Assembly: GCF_006345805.1 (NCBI RefSeq)
Contig: NC_043002.1
Span: 58,156,001 to 58,220,000 of the forward strand
Length of the DNA stretch: 64,000 nt
From: Octopus sinensis
Taxonomy: Eukaryota
Direction of reading: 5' to 3'
Shown in pieces: positions 1 to 12,800 of the stretch. Below the pieces are notes generated by a model that saw nothing but the letters and a program-made list of their open reading frames with translations, searched no databases and had not been told where the DNA came from. Position 1 is the stretch's first letter, and every line of letters begins with the position of its first letter. Both the position numbers and the translations under genes were made by a program.

Positions 1-3000
1 ATTATTGTGCTGGTGTTGAGTGACATTGACATCATACCTGTGGACAGAAAAAGCTCAAAGTCTGACTGTTTATTGCCTGCCAAAATCTCGATATGTTCAT
101 TCAGACTTCACAACCAAATACATGGTGTAGAAGAAAGTACTGAAAGTGAGAAACCCTTATATGGAAGAAGCTAGAGATTTGTGGAGTAATATTTGGGATA
201 AGTCAGTCAATCATAATGGAGATGCAGCATGATTAAAGAAAGTAAGGGAAGACGTTATCAGTGGGAAGCAGCCGGATCTAAAACTAAATAGTTCATTAAC
301 GTGTAAAGTGTTATATGAATTAGATGGTCCAGGAACAGATTTAGTTCAAAGGTACTGGTTAAAGAAATTTAGTATCTTACTTGTGAGACTGACACAATAA
401 TTTAGGATTCAAGGAGGGGGAACAATACTCCTTATTAAAGACAAAAGCAAGGCGAATATAACTTGTAATTATAGACCAATCACCTGCTTTCTGACAGTGT
501 GGAAGCTGCTTGCAGCGATTATATTAGAAAGCCTTTTTGGAGCACCTTCACAATCAGAATTTGATGCAAGAAGAAAGGGAATGCTGCAGAAAGATTATAT
601 TCACGAAACATTTGTTTCCAGGCTTACAGAACCCTTTAGATGAATTAGTACTCAAAAGGAGCATGGCTGTCGAAAATAACTTTCTTCTTCACACCGAAAC
701 CAAAAGTGCTTTCACAAATGAAATTTAAAATACGATGTGTAGTTAGAAGGAAGTCATCGAGAATGATGCTAATTATTAAAAGGATGATTAAAGTTTGATA
801 AAATGTGAGATTAAATCACTTTCAATTCTTACCCAAAATTTGGATATTATTCGAATTATTACATGACCTGATACATCAGCTACGGCTTGAGTTAAAGTTA
901 TATATATAATCTGATCGTATTCACTTATGTTTCCTTCCACAAAATTAGTAATTGTGGTCTGGGCTTATGGCATTTTCCCATTGTAAACCTTGCAGTAGGA
1001 ATGGAGGTGGCCCCAGTAAGCGTTGCATTATTGTTGTTTAGGTTGAGGACATTATTGTCTTCCTTTCTCCAACAGTACTAATTGGTCAAGTTTTCTATTT
1101 GACAACTAAGAACATCTGTTTATTATTGAGCTGGTGTTCTGTAGCATTGTCTTCAAATCTGAGGAGAGAAAAATCTACATTTTTGGCTGTTTATTGCCTG
1201 ACAAAGTCTCTATATATTGATTCACGTTTTACTGCCAAATGTATAATGTTGAAGAAAGTACTGAAGGTGAGAAATCATAAAGCAGAAGAAGCGAGAAAGT
1301 TGTGGAGTAATATTTCGTATAAACCAGTTAATAATAATGGAAATGAAGCATGGTTAGAGAAAGTAAGGGAGGAATTTATCGGTGGGAAGCAACCAGATCT
1401 AAACGTAAATAGTTCTTTAATGAGTAAAGCGTTGGGAAATATGATGAATTAGATGGGCCAGAAAGAGATATAATTCAAAGGTACTGGTTACAGGAGGGTC
1501 TGTGGGAAAAATTTCAAGATTGAGTGAATGGAGTAGTAATACGAGCTTCGATGATTAGAGGGAGAGCTGCATTACTTATTGAAAACAAACGCAAGTCTAA
1601 TATAGCTAGTAATTAGGGACGGATCACTTCATTACTATTGGTGTGGGAGCTGTTAACTCCTTGACAACCAACATTTGCTGCAAGCGAAAAGGAATGATAC
1701 AACATAATAATATTCATGAAACATTTGTTTCGAATCTAACAAAATCCTTCAGATGAATTAGTACTCCAAAGGCTCGAGTCTGTCGAAAATGACCTCTCTT
1801 TCTTCTTCACATCACAACTAAAAGAGTTTTCGCCAATGAAATTAAAACCTGTTGTGTAGATAGAAGGAGGACATCGATTAAGATGTTAATTCTAAAAAGG
1901 ATGAAGAAAGTTTGATATTGGCCAGTCGAGTATATATAATCTAAGCATATTCGTTTGAGTTTATTTCCATAAAATTAGTAATAGTGCAGTTGGCTTATGG
2001 CCTTTTCACATCTTTAAACTTGCAGTAAGATTGGAGGTGGCCCCAGTAAGCGTCGCTTTATTGTTTGTTGGGTTGAAAACATTATTGTCTTCCTTTCTCT
2101 AACAGATGTACTTAGATGGGTTTTGCATTTGATAACATGTTTATTATGGCGCTAGTGTAGAGTTGCATTGACATCAAATCTGTGGACAGGAAAAATCATA
2201 ATGTTTGGTTGGTTATTACCAGCCAATCTCTTTATATATTCATTCAGGTTTTACAACCAAAGATATGGTGTAAAAGAAAGTGCGAAAGATAAGAAACCAA
2301 ATGAAAAAGAAGCTCGAAAATTGTATTTGGTATAAGCCAGTGAATCATATGGAGATGCAGCATGGTTAAAGAAACTAAAGGAAGAGGTTGTCAGTGGGAA
2401 ACAACCAGATCTAAAACTAAATAGCTCATTGATGAGTAAATTGTTAGGAAATATGATGAATTAGATTGTCTAGGAACTGATTTATTTCAAAGGTACCGGT
2501 TAAAGGAATTTAGTATCTTACTTGAGAGATTGAGGAAATAATTTCAGTTTTGAATTAATGGAGTGGTAATACCAGCTTAAATGACTAGAGGAAGACCAGT
2601 ATCCCTTACTGATGACAAATGCAATGCTACAGTAATTATAGAACAATTACTTGACTACCATCATTGTGGAAGCTGTTAACAACAATGCTCTCAGAAAGCA
2701 TTTCCGAGCGCTGTGACAACCAGAATTTGCAGCAAGAAGATACCGAACGCTGCAAGATAATAATATTCATGAAACATTTCTTTTGAATCTTACAAAATCC
2801 TTTAGATGAATTAGTATTAAAAAAGCCCAAGTCTGTCGAAAGTGACTTCACTTTCTTCTTCACATCACACCTGAAAGAGTTTTCACCAATGAAATTAAAA
2901 ACATGTTGAGTAGATAGGACATTGATTATAATGCTAATTGTAAAAAGGATGATTAAAGTTTTATGAAATGTGATATCAAATCACTTTCCTTTCTTTGCCA

Positions 3001-3700
3001 AAATTCGGATATTACTTATGGCATGACCTCATAAATGTGCTAGTTTGGTATAAGGTCCATTCTTTCCTATTTTTACATACAGAGAAGCTCATTGATTGAT
3101 ATTGGCTAGTGGAGCCTATATATTCTGACCGTATTCATTTGAGCTTCTTTCCACAAAGCTAGTCATAGTGCTTTTGGTATTTTCTTATGGTATTGGCTTA
3201 TGGTATTTTCCCATCGTTAACCTTGCAGTAGGTGTAGAGGTGACCTCAGTAAGCGTTGCATTATTGTTGAGGGAGTGGAGCACATTATTATCTTCCTTTT
3301 TCCAATAGATGTATTTGGTCGAGTTTTCTATTTGATAACTGAAAACATGCTTAATATTGCGCTGGTGTTGAGTGACATTGACATCAAATCCGTGAACAGG
3401 AAAATGGCCTGTTATTCCTGCCAACCTCTCTATATGTCTATGCAGGTTTTATAGCCAAAGATATGGTGTAGAAGTTGAGAAAACCTAATTCAGAAAATGC
3501 TTGAAAGTTTTGGAATAATATTTGGTATATGCAAGTCAATCATAATGGAGGTACAGCATGGTTAAATAAAGTAACTGGAGAAGTAATATTGGAAACCAAC
3601 ACTTTTCTCTTTCGTTCCCAAGATTTGGATTTTACTTATGGGATAACGTGATGCATTTGCTAGTTTTCAATAAGGTCCTTTTAAGATATTCTTTTATTAT
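1..3700 (+). repeat. Degenerate ~1.0-1.2-kb chimeric tandem repeat (R4/Dong pre-RT fragment plus ~600 bp unknown sequence), about 3.5 copies
   Basis: Anchor 'attgacatcaaat' recurs at about 26, 1146, 2167 and 3377. Each unit carries a broken frame FYSQING..EEARELWSNIW.KPVNHNGDAAWL..NYRPITCL.TVWKLL..QNLLQEE, which matches the region just before and into the RT of R4/Dong-clade non-LTR elements. Confidence 0.8.
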
Positions 3701-3789
3701 CCTTTTCATGTTTCAGTCATTTTGAATGTGGCCATTTAGATTGCAGAGATGAAGGCTGAAAATTGAGTAAGAAATTTTGTTAGTAGTAG

Positions 3790-4470
3790 CACTGGAACAA
3801 GCAATGATAGGGAAAAACCAAGCAGATGCCCAATGTACGCTATGCAAATCGAAAGCGGAAAGTGTTACTTATATTGTAAGCATGCTGGCACAGTAAGAAT
3901 ACAAGAAAAGACATGTCAACCTAGGGAGAGTTATCCCCTAGGTTTTATATAGAAAGCTAGGATTTGACTATTCTGATAAATGGTATGAATATGAAACTAG
4001 TAAAGTACTAGAGGGCAAGGAATATAAGATGTTGTGGGAATTCAACTTAAGGAGTGACAAAGTATTAGAAGCCAGTATGCCTGATATAGTATGAGATGAT
4101 AAAAGAAGAGAAAGTGCCACATACTTGGCTTTACAGTCCCAAATGGATGAAAACATCAGTAAGAGTGGTGTAAAAATAATAGAAAAGAGCCAGGGTCTAT
4201 CCATTGAGAGACTATGGAATTTGCTGGTAAAATGTACCCCAGTACTTAGAAGTGCATTAACAACAATCCCTAGTGATTTGAACAGATAGACAGAGGAAAT
4301 ATTTATAAAATCCAGTTTCATTCAGCTCCAGAAAACAGTGTTGTTAGGGAGGGCTAGGATGCTAAGGAGTGTTTTTGGCATCTTTGGTTACTTGTAGTCT
4401 GATGTTAGGAACTTTTGTTTCCCAATAGACTAATCGTTTGTGTGTATATGAATAATAATAATGATGATGA
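3790..4470 (+). mobile_element. R4/Dong-clade non-LTR retrotransposon 3' end, decayed (Zn knuckle plus REL endonuclease)
   Basis: Broken frame CTLCKSKAESVTYIV..KRH..KWYEY..VLEGKEYKMLWEFN..PDIV..LQKTVLLGRARMLRSVF, followed by a (TAA)/(TGA) tail. Many stops and frameshifts. Confidence 0.7.
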
Positions 4471-4471
<1 letters not shown>

Positions 4472-4501
<30 letters not shown>

Positions 4502-4597
4502 AAGAAGAAGAAGAAGAAGAAGAAGAAGAAGAAGAAGAAGAAGAAGAAGAAGAAGAAGAAGAAGAAGAAGAAGAAGAAGAAGAAGAAGAAGAAGAAG
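4472..4597. repeat. (AAG)42 microsatellite
   Basis: Pure AAG run; source of the poly-K and poly-F ORFs. Confidence 0.98.
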
Positions 4598-4599
4598 AA

Positions 4600-5088
4600 C
4601 TTAGACAACTAAGCCCAAAGAAGGAAGAAAAATTGAAAACCCTGCCTTACATTTCCACAGCACAGCTCTATTCAAGAGAGACCCTAAGATGAATCAAATC
4701 CTCAAAACACACACAATTATAAAAAAAGTAAGAGACAGCCAAAATCAATGAAGAAAATTTTTAACCCTGGCCAAATTACACTCAACAATAGCCACAAATC
4801 CAACAGTAAAAAGTGCAGGAGACCCAACTGTAGGATCTGTATCAACATAATAGAAGGATGAGAATACCGATTAGAACAAGGCCAAGATTTTACCATAGAA
4901 ACTTACTTTACATATGCATCGAAGAACTTGATCTACTTAATTACATGCTCAGGATGCAAACGGTAATATATTGGGCACACAAAAAACTGCCTACGTCAGA
5001 GGATGGCGGTGCACAAATCTCAAATTAGAATTCCGGAATACAGGAAAATACCTGTCAGCCAACACACAGATGAATGTGCATCCAACAA

Positions 5089-5090
<2 letters not shown>
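4600..5090 (+). mobile_element. Penelope-like element GIY-YIG endonuclease fragment (pseudogenised)
   Basis: Frame from about 4808: KKCRRPNCRICINIIEG*EYRL..SKNLIYLITCSGCKR*YIGHTKNCLRQRMAVHKSQI. The IY..YIG..R..H pattern with upstream Cys pairs is typical of Penelope endonucleases. Two in-frame stops, so it is absent from the ORF track. Confidence 0.8.
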
Positions 5091-5157
<67 letters not shown>

Positions 5158-5160
5158 GAA

Positions 5161-5259
<99 letters not shown>

Positions 5260-5268
5260 TATAGATAG
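5089..5268. repeat. (ATAG)n microsatellite
   Basis: About 45 near-perfect ATAG units. Confidence 0.97.
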
Positions 5269-5960
5269 AAAACCTCAGGCGGATAACTTCACCGCGACAA
5301 CTATTGTTATTATTGCTGCTAGTTATTCAACTGCTTCAGCCTCTGCTATAGAAAACAGTATTGACAACACTACTTAATTTGCCATCACAGACAGTGCTCC
5401 CCGTCATGCCACGAAAATTAAAGGAAATTACCACGTGCTCTTGCAGGAAAAAAGAAAGTACACTATGAACGATTATTTTAATTATTTTATTAATAACCTT
5501 TTTCTCTACATATTTCATTTTAGTACATATTTTTGATAAGGTTTTTCAAAAACCGAACATGTAAAATAAAAATATTTTCTTTTAATATATTTATATAAAG
5601 AAATTCAAATGTGCCTACCTTTTAAAAAGTAGCATTTTCCTTCTTCTTTTTCATATTTATATAAACCTGTCTCTTTTTGTACACATATTTATTCCCCACC
5701 CAAAACCTAAACATTTATCAACCTTACACACAATAACAATAATAACAACCAATTACCTCCCTTTACTTGTCATCTCGTAAAGTCATTCACTCGTGACTTT
5801 CATTACAAACAACATGGACAAAATTTCTTCTTAAGAAAAAATATATATTCAAATAAATTAAACATTATATCATGAATAGCGATTGTGAAACAGGTCGATA
5901 TATTAAAAATAATATTAAAACCATGTAAGTGTGCGTATTTTCCTTTTTTAATTTCTTGGA

Positions 5961-5970
5961 TATGTATATA

Positions 5971-6005
<35 letters not shown>

Positions 6006-6006
6006 G

Positions 6007-6057
<51 letters not shown>

Positions 6058-6155
6058 ATGTATGCATGTATGTATTATGTATGTATGATATATGTGTATG
6101 CATGTATGTATTATGTATGTATGATATATGTGTATGCATATATGTGTATGCATAT
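5961..6155. repeat. Compound (TG)n/(TA)n/(TATG)n microsatellite
   Basis: Seen directly; explains the overlapping YI/VC/HT ORFs. Confidence 0.95.
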
Positions 6156-6275
6156 ATTCGTACTCTGACACAAAATAGTAGCCCATGTCAGGCTGCCGGC
6201 TATAGGTTAATCAGCATGTCAAGGGAAGTAACTCTAAGCATACACCTTTAATGTCTTGTGTATAACTTGGGGTCG

Positions 6276-6870
6276 GAAAATGGTTGGGGAGTGAACCCTT
6301 AATCGCAATCATAGGAGCCTTGGAAAATGGTGGGGGAGTGAAACTTAACCGCAATCATGGGAGCCTTGGAAAATGGTTGGGGAGTGAAACTTAATCGCAA
6401 TCATAGGAGCCTTGGAAAATGGTTGGGGAGTGAACCTTAACCGCAGTCATAGGAGCTTTGGAAAATGGTAGGGCAGTGAAACTTAACCGCAATCATAGGA
6501 GCCTTGGAAAATGGTTGGGGAGTGAAACTTAACGCAATCATAGGAGCCTTGGAAAATGGTAGGGCAGTGAAACTTAATCGCAATCATAGGAGCCTTGGAA
6601 AATGGTAGGGAAGTGAAACTTAATCGCAATCATAGGAGCCTTGGAATATGGTAGGGGTGTGAACCTTAACCGCAATCATAGGAGCCTTGGAAAATGGTAG
6701 GGGAGTGAAATTAATCGCAATCATAGGAACCTTGGAATATGGTAGGGGTGTGAACCTTAACCGCAATCATAGGAGCCTTGGAAAATGGTAGGGGAGTGAA
6801 ACTTAATAGCAATCATAGGAGCCTTGGAAAATGGTAGGGGAGTGAACCTTAACCGCAGTCATCGGAGTCA
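6276..6870. repeat. 46-bp minisatellite, about 13 copies
   Basis: Monomer ggagccttggaaaatggtaggggagtgaaacttaaccgcaatcata, head to tail with no spacers. Flanked by two copies of a ~130-bp unit (6186-6313 and 6870-7000). Confidence 0.92.
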
Positions 6871-7059
6871 TGTAAGGCTACCGGCTATAGGTTAATTAAT
6901 ATGTCAAGGGAAGTAACTCTAAGCACACACCTTCAAAGCCTTGTGAGTAAGTTGGGGACAGGAAATGGTAGGGGAGTGAACCTTAACCGCAATTATAGGA
7001 CCATTGGCCCACCCATAGGAGCATTGGACCTAATGGATCCTAATGACCATGATGGCAAT

Positions 7060-7145
7060 GATGACGATGCTAACTATGATGATATTAATGATGATGATGA
7101 TGATGATGATGACGATGATGATGACAGTGACAAGGACGACGATAC
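7060..7145. repeat. (GAT)n/(GAC)n microsatellite
   Basis: Seen directly; source of the poly-D ORF. Confidence 0.9.
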
Positions 7146-7440
7146 TGTTATTTAAGAAGATTTAAGAAGATTTACCATTTGTCATAGTCTAAAGCCAATA
7201 TAACAAGATTTTCGTACAGTTGCCAGCCACGTTTTCTCACCGTGTCTCTTTCATCTGATTGCTAACTAACACTTTATGTAGAGAATGTCATATATATATG
7301 TGTGTATATGTATGTAAGTATGTACGTATGTATGTATGTATGTATGTATGTATGTACGTATGTATGCATGTATGCATGTATATATGTATGTATGCATGTG
7401 TGTATATACAATATATATGTAAGTAATATATATAAGTATA

Positions 7441-7729
7441 TCTTTATATAAAACTAAAGTTGTGTGTGTGTCTGTCTACTCCGATTTAGATTCCTAACTA
7501 CTCCCACATTTTGCGGTGCAGTTTAACCAAAAGCGGGTATCTTATAGTCGTGATTCATATCGAGCCCTTCAGGGTATTAGCGTGAGTCTACGATTTTAAA
7601 AAAAATTACCATAATTTTTCCGCATTTTTAATGATTTTTGCTCGGTTTATATAAGGGAAATAACTCTCTAAAAATGCTTATATAGTTATTTCCCTTACCA
7701 ACCCGAGCAACGCCGGGCGATACTGCTAG
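7441..7729 (+). mobile_element. Short non-autonomous Helitron (289 bp)
   Basis: A|TC 5' end at 7441, hairpin CCCGAGCAACGCCGGG at 7702-7717, CTAG|T 3' end at 7726-7730. No TSD. Confidence 0.75.
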
Positions 7730-7732
7730 TAG

Positions 7733-7764
<32 letters not shown>

Positions 7765-7891
7765 TGTATCTAATTGTATATATATATAAATATGTATGTG
7801 TGTTTATATATGTATGTTTGTATATATATAAATATATATATATATTCATATATGTGTATATATATATGTGTGTGAGTGTGTGTGTGTGTGT

Positions 7892-7933
<42 letters not shown>

Positions 7934-8049
7934 TAGATGAGTTCAGCAAAAATTTAGATTCAAATGAATAAGGTACTTAAATTAAGGCACCAGAATTTAG
8001 TACGGTATTATCCATACAATTTCAAAGTAAGGTGATTAATATCAAAATA

Positions 8050-9132
8050 AAGAACAAGGATATCCAGAGGTAATGAAGAACGATTGTTTCATTTCACTCT
8101 ATATTAATTGAACAATGCAATCATTATATCAATTTAAAATGCAGAGCTATCTTCAGCTTCACAAAGACAGAATTTAATTAAATTAGAACAGATGGACACA
8201 TTAGTATAATTATACCTAAAATATCCAAGAAGTTAAGGAGATAGACAAAGAACATGCTGTTCTTACTCCAGCATAGACGTTACTAAGCTTTCAAGAAGAT
8301 ATACATTGTTACAGACTCTGCCTGTCACTGATTTTTGTTTTTATGGGTCAGTTATGATTTATAGACTAGTTTATCAAAACACTTGTATATCTAAGGCTGA
8401 AAGAACAGAGGGCGGTATCCATTAGGGGGTAGGGCTAAGGGAAATGACAGACATCATAGTTGGTATAGTCATAAAAATCAAAATTTATTAGAAGCAATAT
8501 CATGAGGTTTGGTAAAGGAAAACTTAAAACAAGATGTTAGCTGACAATTAAGTGGGTCGCCCAATAGCAGACCATTGATAATGGAACGGGGGAAGTCTTA
8601 TCATGTTGTACTATAGTTAAATATTTTAAACAATGTTGCTATATTGTATACAGTTAAAGTTTAGGGCTATTCAGAGGATTATTAAGAATATTATAACAAA
8701 AGGATAGAAATTTATTAATACTTTTGAGTATATACCAAACTTTTACCACAATAGAGGGAAGAAAAGAAATTGTCCAGAAACAGTTTAATATTTATACATA
8801 TTGTACACTTAAATACAAACTCATCAGATGGTATCTGTGAATATTGATTAATTGGTATATGCTGGTGTTAATAAAGGAGTATTCTTGAAAAACTGAGTAA
8901 CTTCTATGCTGGAGTAAGAACAGCATTTTCTTTGTCTATCTCCTTAACTTCTTGGAGATTTTACATATAATTACGCTAATGTGTCTATCTATTCTAATTT
9001 AATTAAATTCTATGTCTTTGTGCAGTTGAAGATTGCTGTGTATTTTAAAGTGATGTAATAATTGCATTGTTCAATTAAATAGAGTGGCAAGAAACGATTG
9101 TACTGCATTACCTCTGGATATCCTTGTTGCTT

Positions 9133-9135
<3 letters not shown>
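8050..9135. mobile_element. MITE/foldback-like element with ~250-bp imperfect terminal inverted repeats
   Basis: About 8050-8300 is the reverse complement of about 8880-9135 (e.g. aacaaggatatccagaggtaat / attacctctggatatccttgtt). Non-coding ~580-bp spacer; right end abuts (TA)n. Confidence 0.75.
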
Positions 9136-9203
<68 letters not shown>

Positions 9204-9229
9204 TGTATGTGTGTATGTATGCATGCATG

Positions 9230-9260
<31 letters not shown>

Positions 9261-9889
9261 CAGATTGGAAAGTTATACATCCTCAAACACTTGTATATTT
9301 ACAATAACACATACAAATTATTCACTTTATACATGCGTCCAACACCTATTACTATGGCATAGATATGCTAGGATGTGACATTCTGTTGCAGACTGTTGGT
9401 TCAATTGCATCATAACTTCAGTCACGCTTATACGTATCAATGCATGTTCATTCAAGGTTTTAGCACTAAGAGCATTTGAAACGAATCGATGATATTCGGT
9501 TTTTGATATTTTCATTTTAGGTATAACTTAGGTGGGGGTATGTGTGTGTTTAATCTAGAAGATAGCGGAAATTCTTGTGGAATACGGTGTGTCAATAAGG
9601 TCTTGTCTTTTAAGCCTAGAATGACCCAAAGGTTTTAAATATCATGACAATAGACTTAGTAGTCAGAGAATTGTTAACTGGGTAAAGAAATGTTTTGCTC
9701 ACGAACCACATATGGTAGAGATAGAAAGAATTTTCAGGAAAAATGAACGAAGAGTAATTAAGAGAGTTGGAAATATATGAAATTCAACAAAAGAGGTATG
9801 GAGTTAACATTTAGATTGATAACATTTAACTATGGTAAGTCTACTATTATAATCAAGGCAATTCTTCCATAAGTCGTTATGTCAGTGTT

Positions 9890-12800
9890 GTTATATTAAA
9901 AATGCAGCATGGTTGAAATATGTTGAAGTAGAAGGGCTCAGGAAGAGGTTTAGTTCATAGGTACTGCTTACGGAAATTTAGCATGTTACTTCAGAGACTA
10001 AAGGAATAATTATAGGATTGACTGAATGAAGGAGTAATACCAGCTTCAATGATTAGCGGAGGGGGAGCGCGCCTTAAAAAAGAAAAACCAAAGGCTAATA
10101 TAGCTAGTTCAAAGGTCCTGGTTACCGAAATTTAGCATCTTACTTCAGGGGCTGAGTGAAATGTTTCAGGATTGAGTGAAAGGAGTAGTAGCACCAGTCA
10201 CTTCATTGCCATTGGTGTGAACGCTATTAACAGGAATACTCTCAGGAAGCAGTTACGAGCATCTTGACAACCAGAATTTGTTGCAAGAAGGAAAGGGTTG
10301 CTACACCATTAAAATATTCATGAAAAATTTGTTTCCAACTTTACAAAATCCTTTAGATGAATACCTACTCAAAATGTCCAATGGTGTCGAAAGTCACTCT
10401 CTTTATTCTTCACATCACAACTAAAAGAGTTTTCACCAATGAAATTAAAAACCTGTTGAGTAGATAGAAGGAGGACATCGATTATGATGCTAATTATAAA
10501 AAAGATTATTAAAGTTTTATAAATATGATATTAAATCACTTTTCTTTCTTACTCAAAATTCGGATATTACTTATGGAATGAAGTGATACATCTGCTAGTT
10601 TGGTATGAGGTCAGTTATTTCCCTTCTACTACATATAGTTATGTTCTTTGTCATGTTCGCTCAATATTGGACAACCGAGCATATAGATAATCTAACTATA
10701 TTCATTTGAGTATCTTTCCACAAAACAAGTAATAGTGTAGGAGTGGAAGTGGAACAAGTAAGTGCTGCTTTATTGTTGGTGGGGTAGAGGACATTATTGT
10801 CATCCCTTCTCCAATAGACGTACTTGGAGAGGTTTTGGATTTGATAACTCAGAACATCTGTTTATTATTGTTATTGAGTTGCATTGACATCAAATCTGTG
10901 ACAGAAAAAAATCTTAAAGTTTGGCTGTTTATTGGCAGCCAATCTCTCTATATATTCATACAGGACTTACAGGCAAATAAATGGTGTAGATGAAAGTACT
11001 GAAAGGGAGAAAACCCACTGACGAAGCTAGAGAGTTGTGGAGTAGTATTTGATATAATCCAGTTAAACATAATGGAGATGCAGCATAGTTAAAGAAACTA
11101 AAGGATGAGGTTGTTAGTGGGAAACAGCCAGATCTAAAACTACATAGATTTAGTTTAAAGGTCTGGTTAAAGGAATTTAGTATTTCACTTCGGGGACTGA
11201 GGGAGGAATTTCAGTTTTGAAGGAATGGAGTAGTTATACCACCTTGGACGTTTTATAGGGAGAACAGTACTCGTTATTGAAGGCAAATGCAAGGCTAATG
11301 TAGCTAGTAGTTACATATCAGTCACTGGATTACAATCAGTGTGGAAGCTGTTAGCAGGGATGCTTTCAGAAAGCATTTCCGAGCATCTTGACAACTGGAG
11401 AATTGCTGCAAGAAAAACAGAATAAATACAGGCAATTCATGAGCAATGGTGCTAATTATTAAGAGGATGATTAAAGTTTAATAAAATGTGAGATTAAATC
11501 AATTTCCTTTCTCAACCATAATTCGAATATTGTTTATTAGATGACCTGATACATTTACTACAGTTTGGGTTAAGGTCAGTTATTTACATCTTCCTACAAA
11601 TTCTAGTCCCATGGTGTATTCCCTCGATAATGGCTAATCAGTCATATATAATCCGACCATATTCATTTGTGTTTCCTTCCACAAAACTAGTAATTGTGCT
11701 GTTGGTTTAATCCTATTTCTCATTTTTACCCTGCAGTAGGTTTGCAGGTGACTCCAGTAAGCGTTGCATTATTGTTGGTGGGGTGGAGGACATTATTGTC
11801 TCCCTTTCTCCAACAGACGTATGCAGTCATGTTTTCTATTTGATAACTCAGAACATTCTGTTTATTATTGCGCTGGTGATGAATTGCATTGACATCAAAT
11901 CTGTGGAGAGGAAACCTCTTAAAGCTTAGTGGTTTATTGCCTGCCAATCTCTCTAGAAGTTCAATCGGGTTTTACAGCCAAATAAATAGTGTAGAAGAAA
12001 GTACCGAAGATGAGAGAACTTAATTCAGAAGAAACCAGAGAGTTGTGGAGTAATAATGGAAATGCAGCATTATTAAAGAAAGTAAGGAAAGAAGTTATCC
12101 GTGGGAAGCAGCCGAATCTAAAAGTAAATAGTTCATTAATGAGTAAAGTGTTATGAAATATTCTAAATTAGATGGGCCAGGAACAGATTTACCTCAAAGG
12201 TTCTGATTCCAGATTTTCAGTAGCTTACATGAGGGCCTGCTGTAAAAATTTCAGGATTAAATTTCGATGATTAAATGGAGAGCAGTATTCCTTATTGAAG
12301 ACAAACGCAAACTAATTTAGATAGTAATTATGGATGAGTTACTTCATTGCCATTGGTGTGGAAGCGATTAAACAGCAATGCACTCAAAGATCATTTACGA
12401 GCACCTTGACAACCACAAGTTGTTGCAAGACGACGAAAATACAACATAATGATATTCATGAAAACTTTGTTTCCAAGCTTACAAAATCCATTAGATGAAT
12501 TAGAACTCAAAAGGACCAAGCATGTCGAAAATGAGCTCACTTTCTTCATTGACATCACAACTAAAACAGTTTTCACCAATGAAATTAAAGTCCTGTTGAG
12601 TAGATGGAAGATGGACATCGATTATGGTGGTTATTATAAAAAAAGACGTTTAAAGTTTGATAAAATATGAGATTAAATCTCTTCTTTAGTTACCTAAAAT
12701 ACTCATATTGCTTATAGGATGACATTATAGATTTGCTTGTTTGGTATAAGGTCAGTTATTTCCCTTCTTCTACATAAATTTAGGTTCTTTGTTATATTCG

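Noticed and set aside
4405-4612. Poly-K/poly-F ORFs (also poly-N/Y/I at 44622-45025 and 27203-27481, poly-D at 6901-7155)
   Set aside because: Translations of trinucleotide microsatellites.
6276-6870. CRISPR-like 46-bp repeat
   Set aside because: Head-to-tail minisatellite without spacers.
9580-9890. Possible further R4/Dong pre-RT coding remnant
   Set aside because: Too decayed to support by eye.
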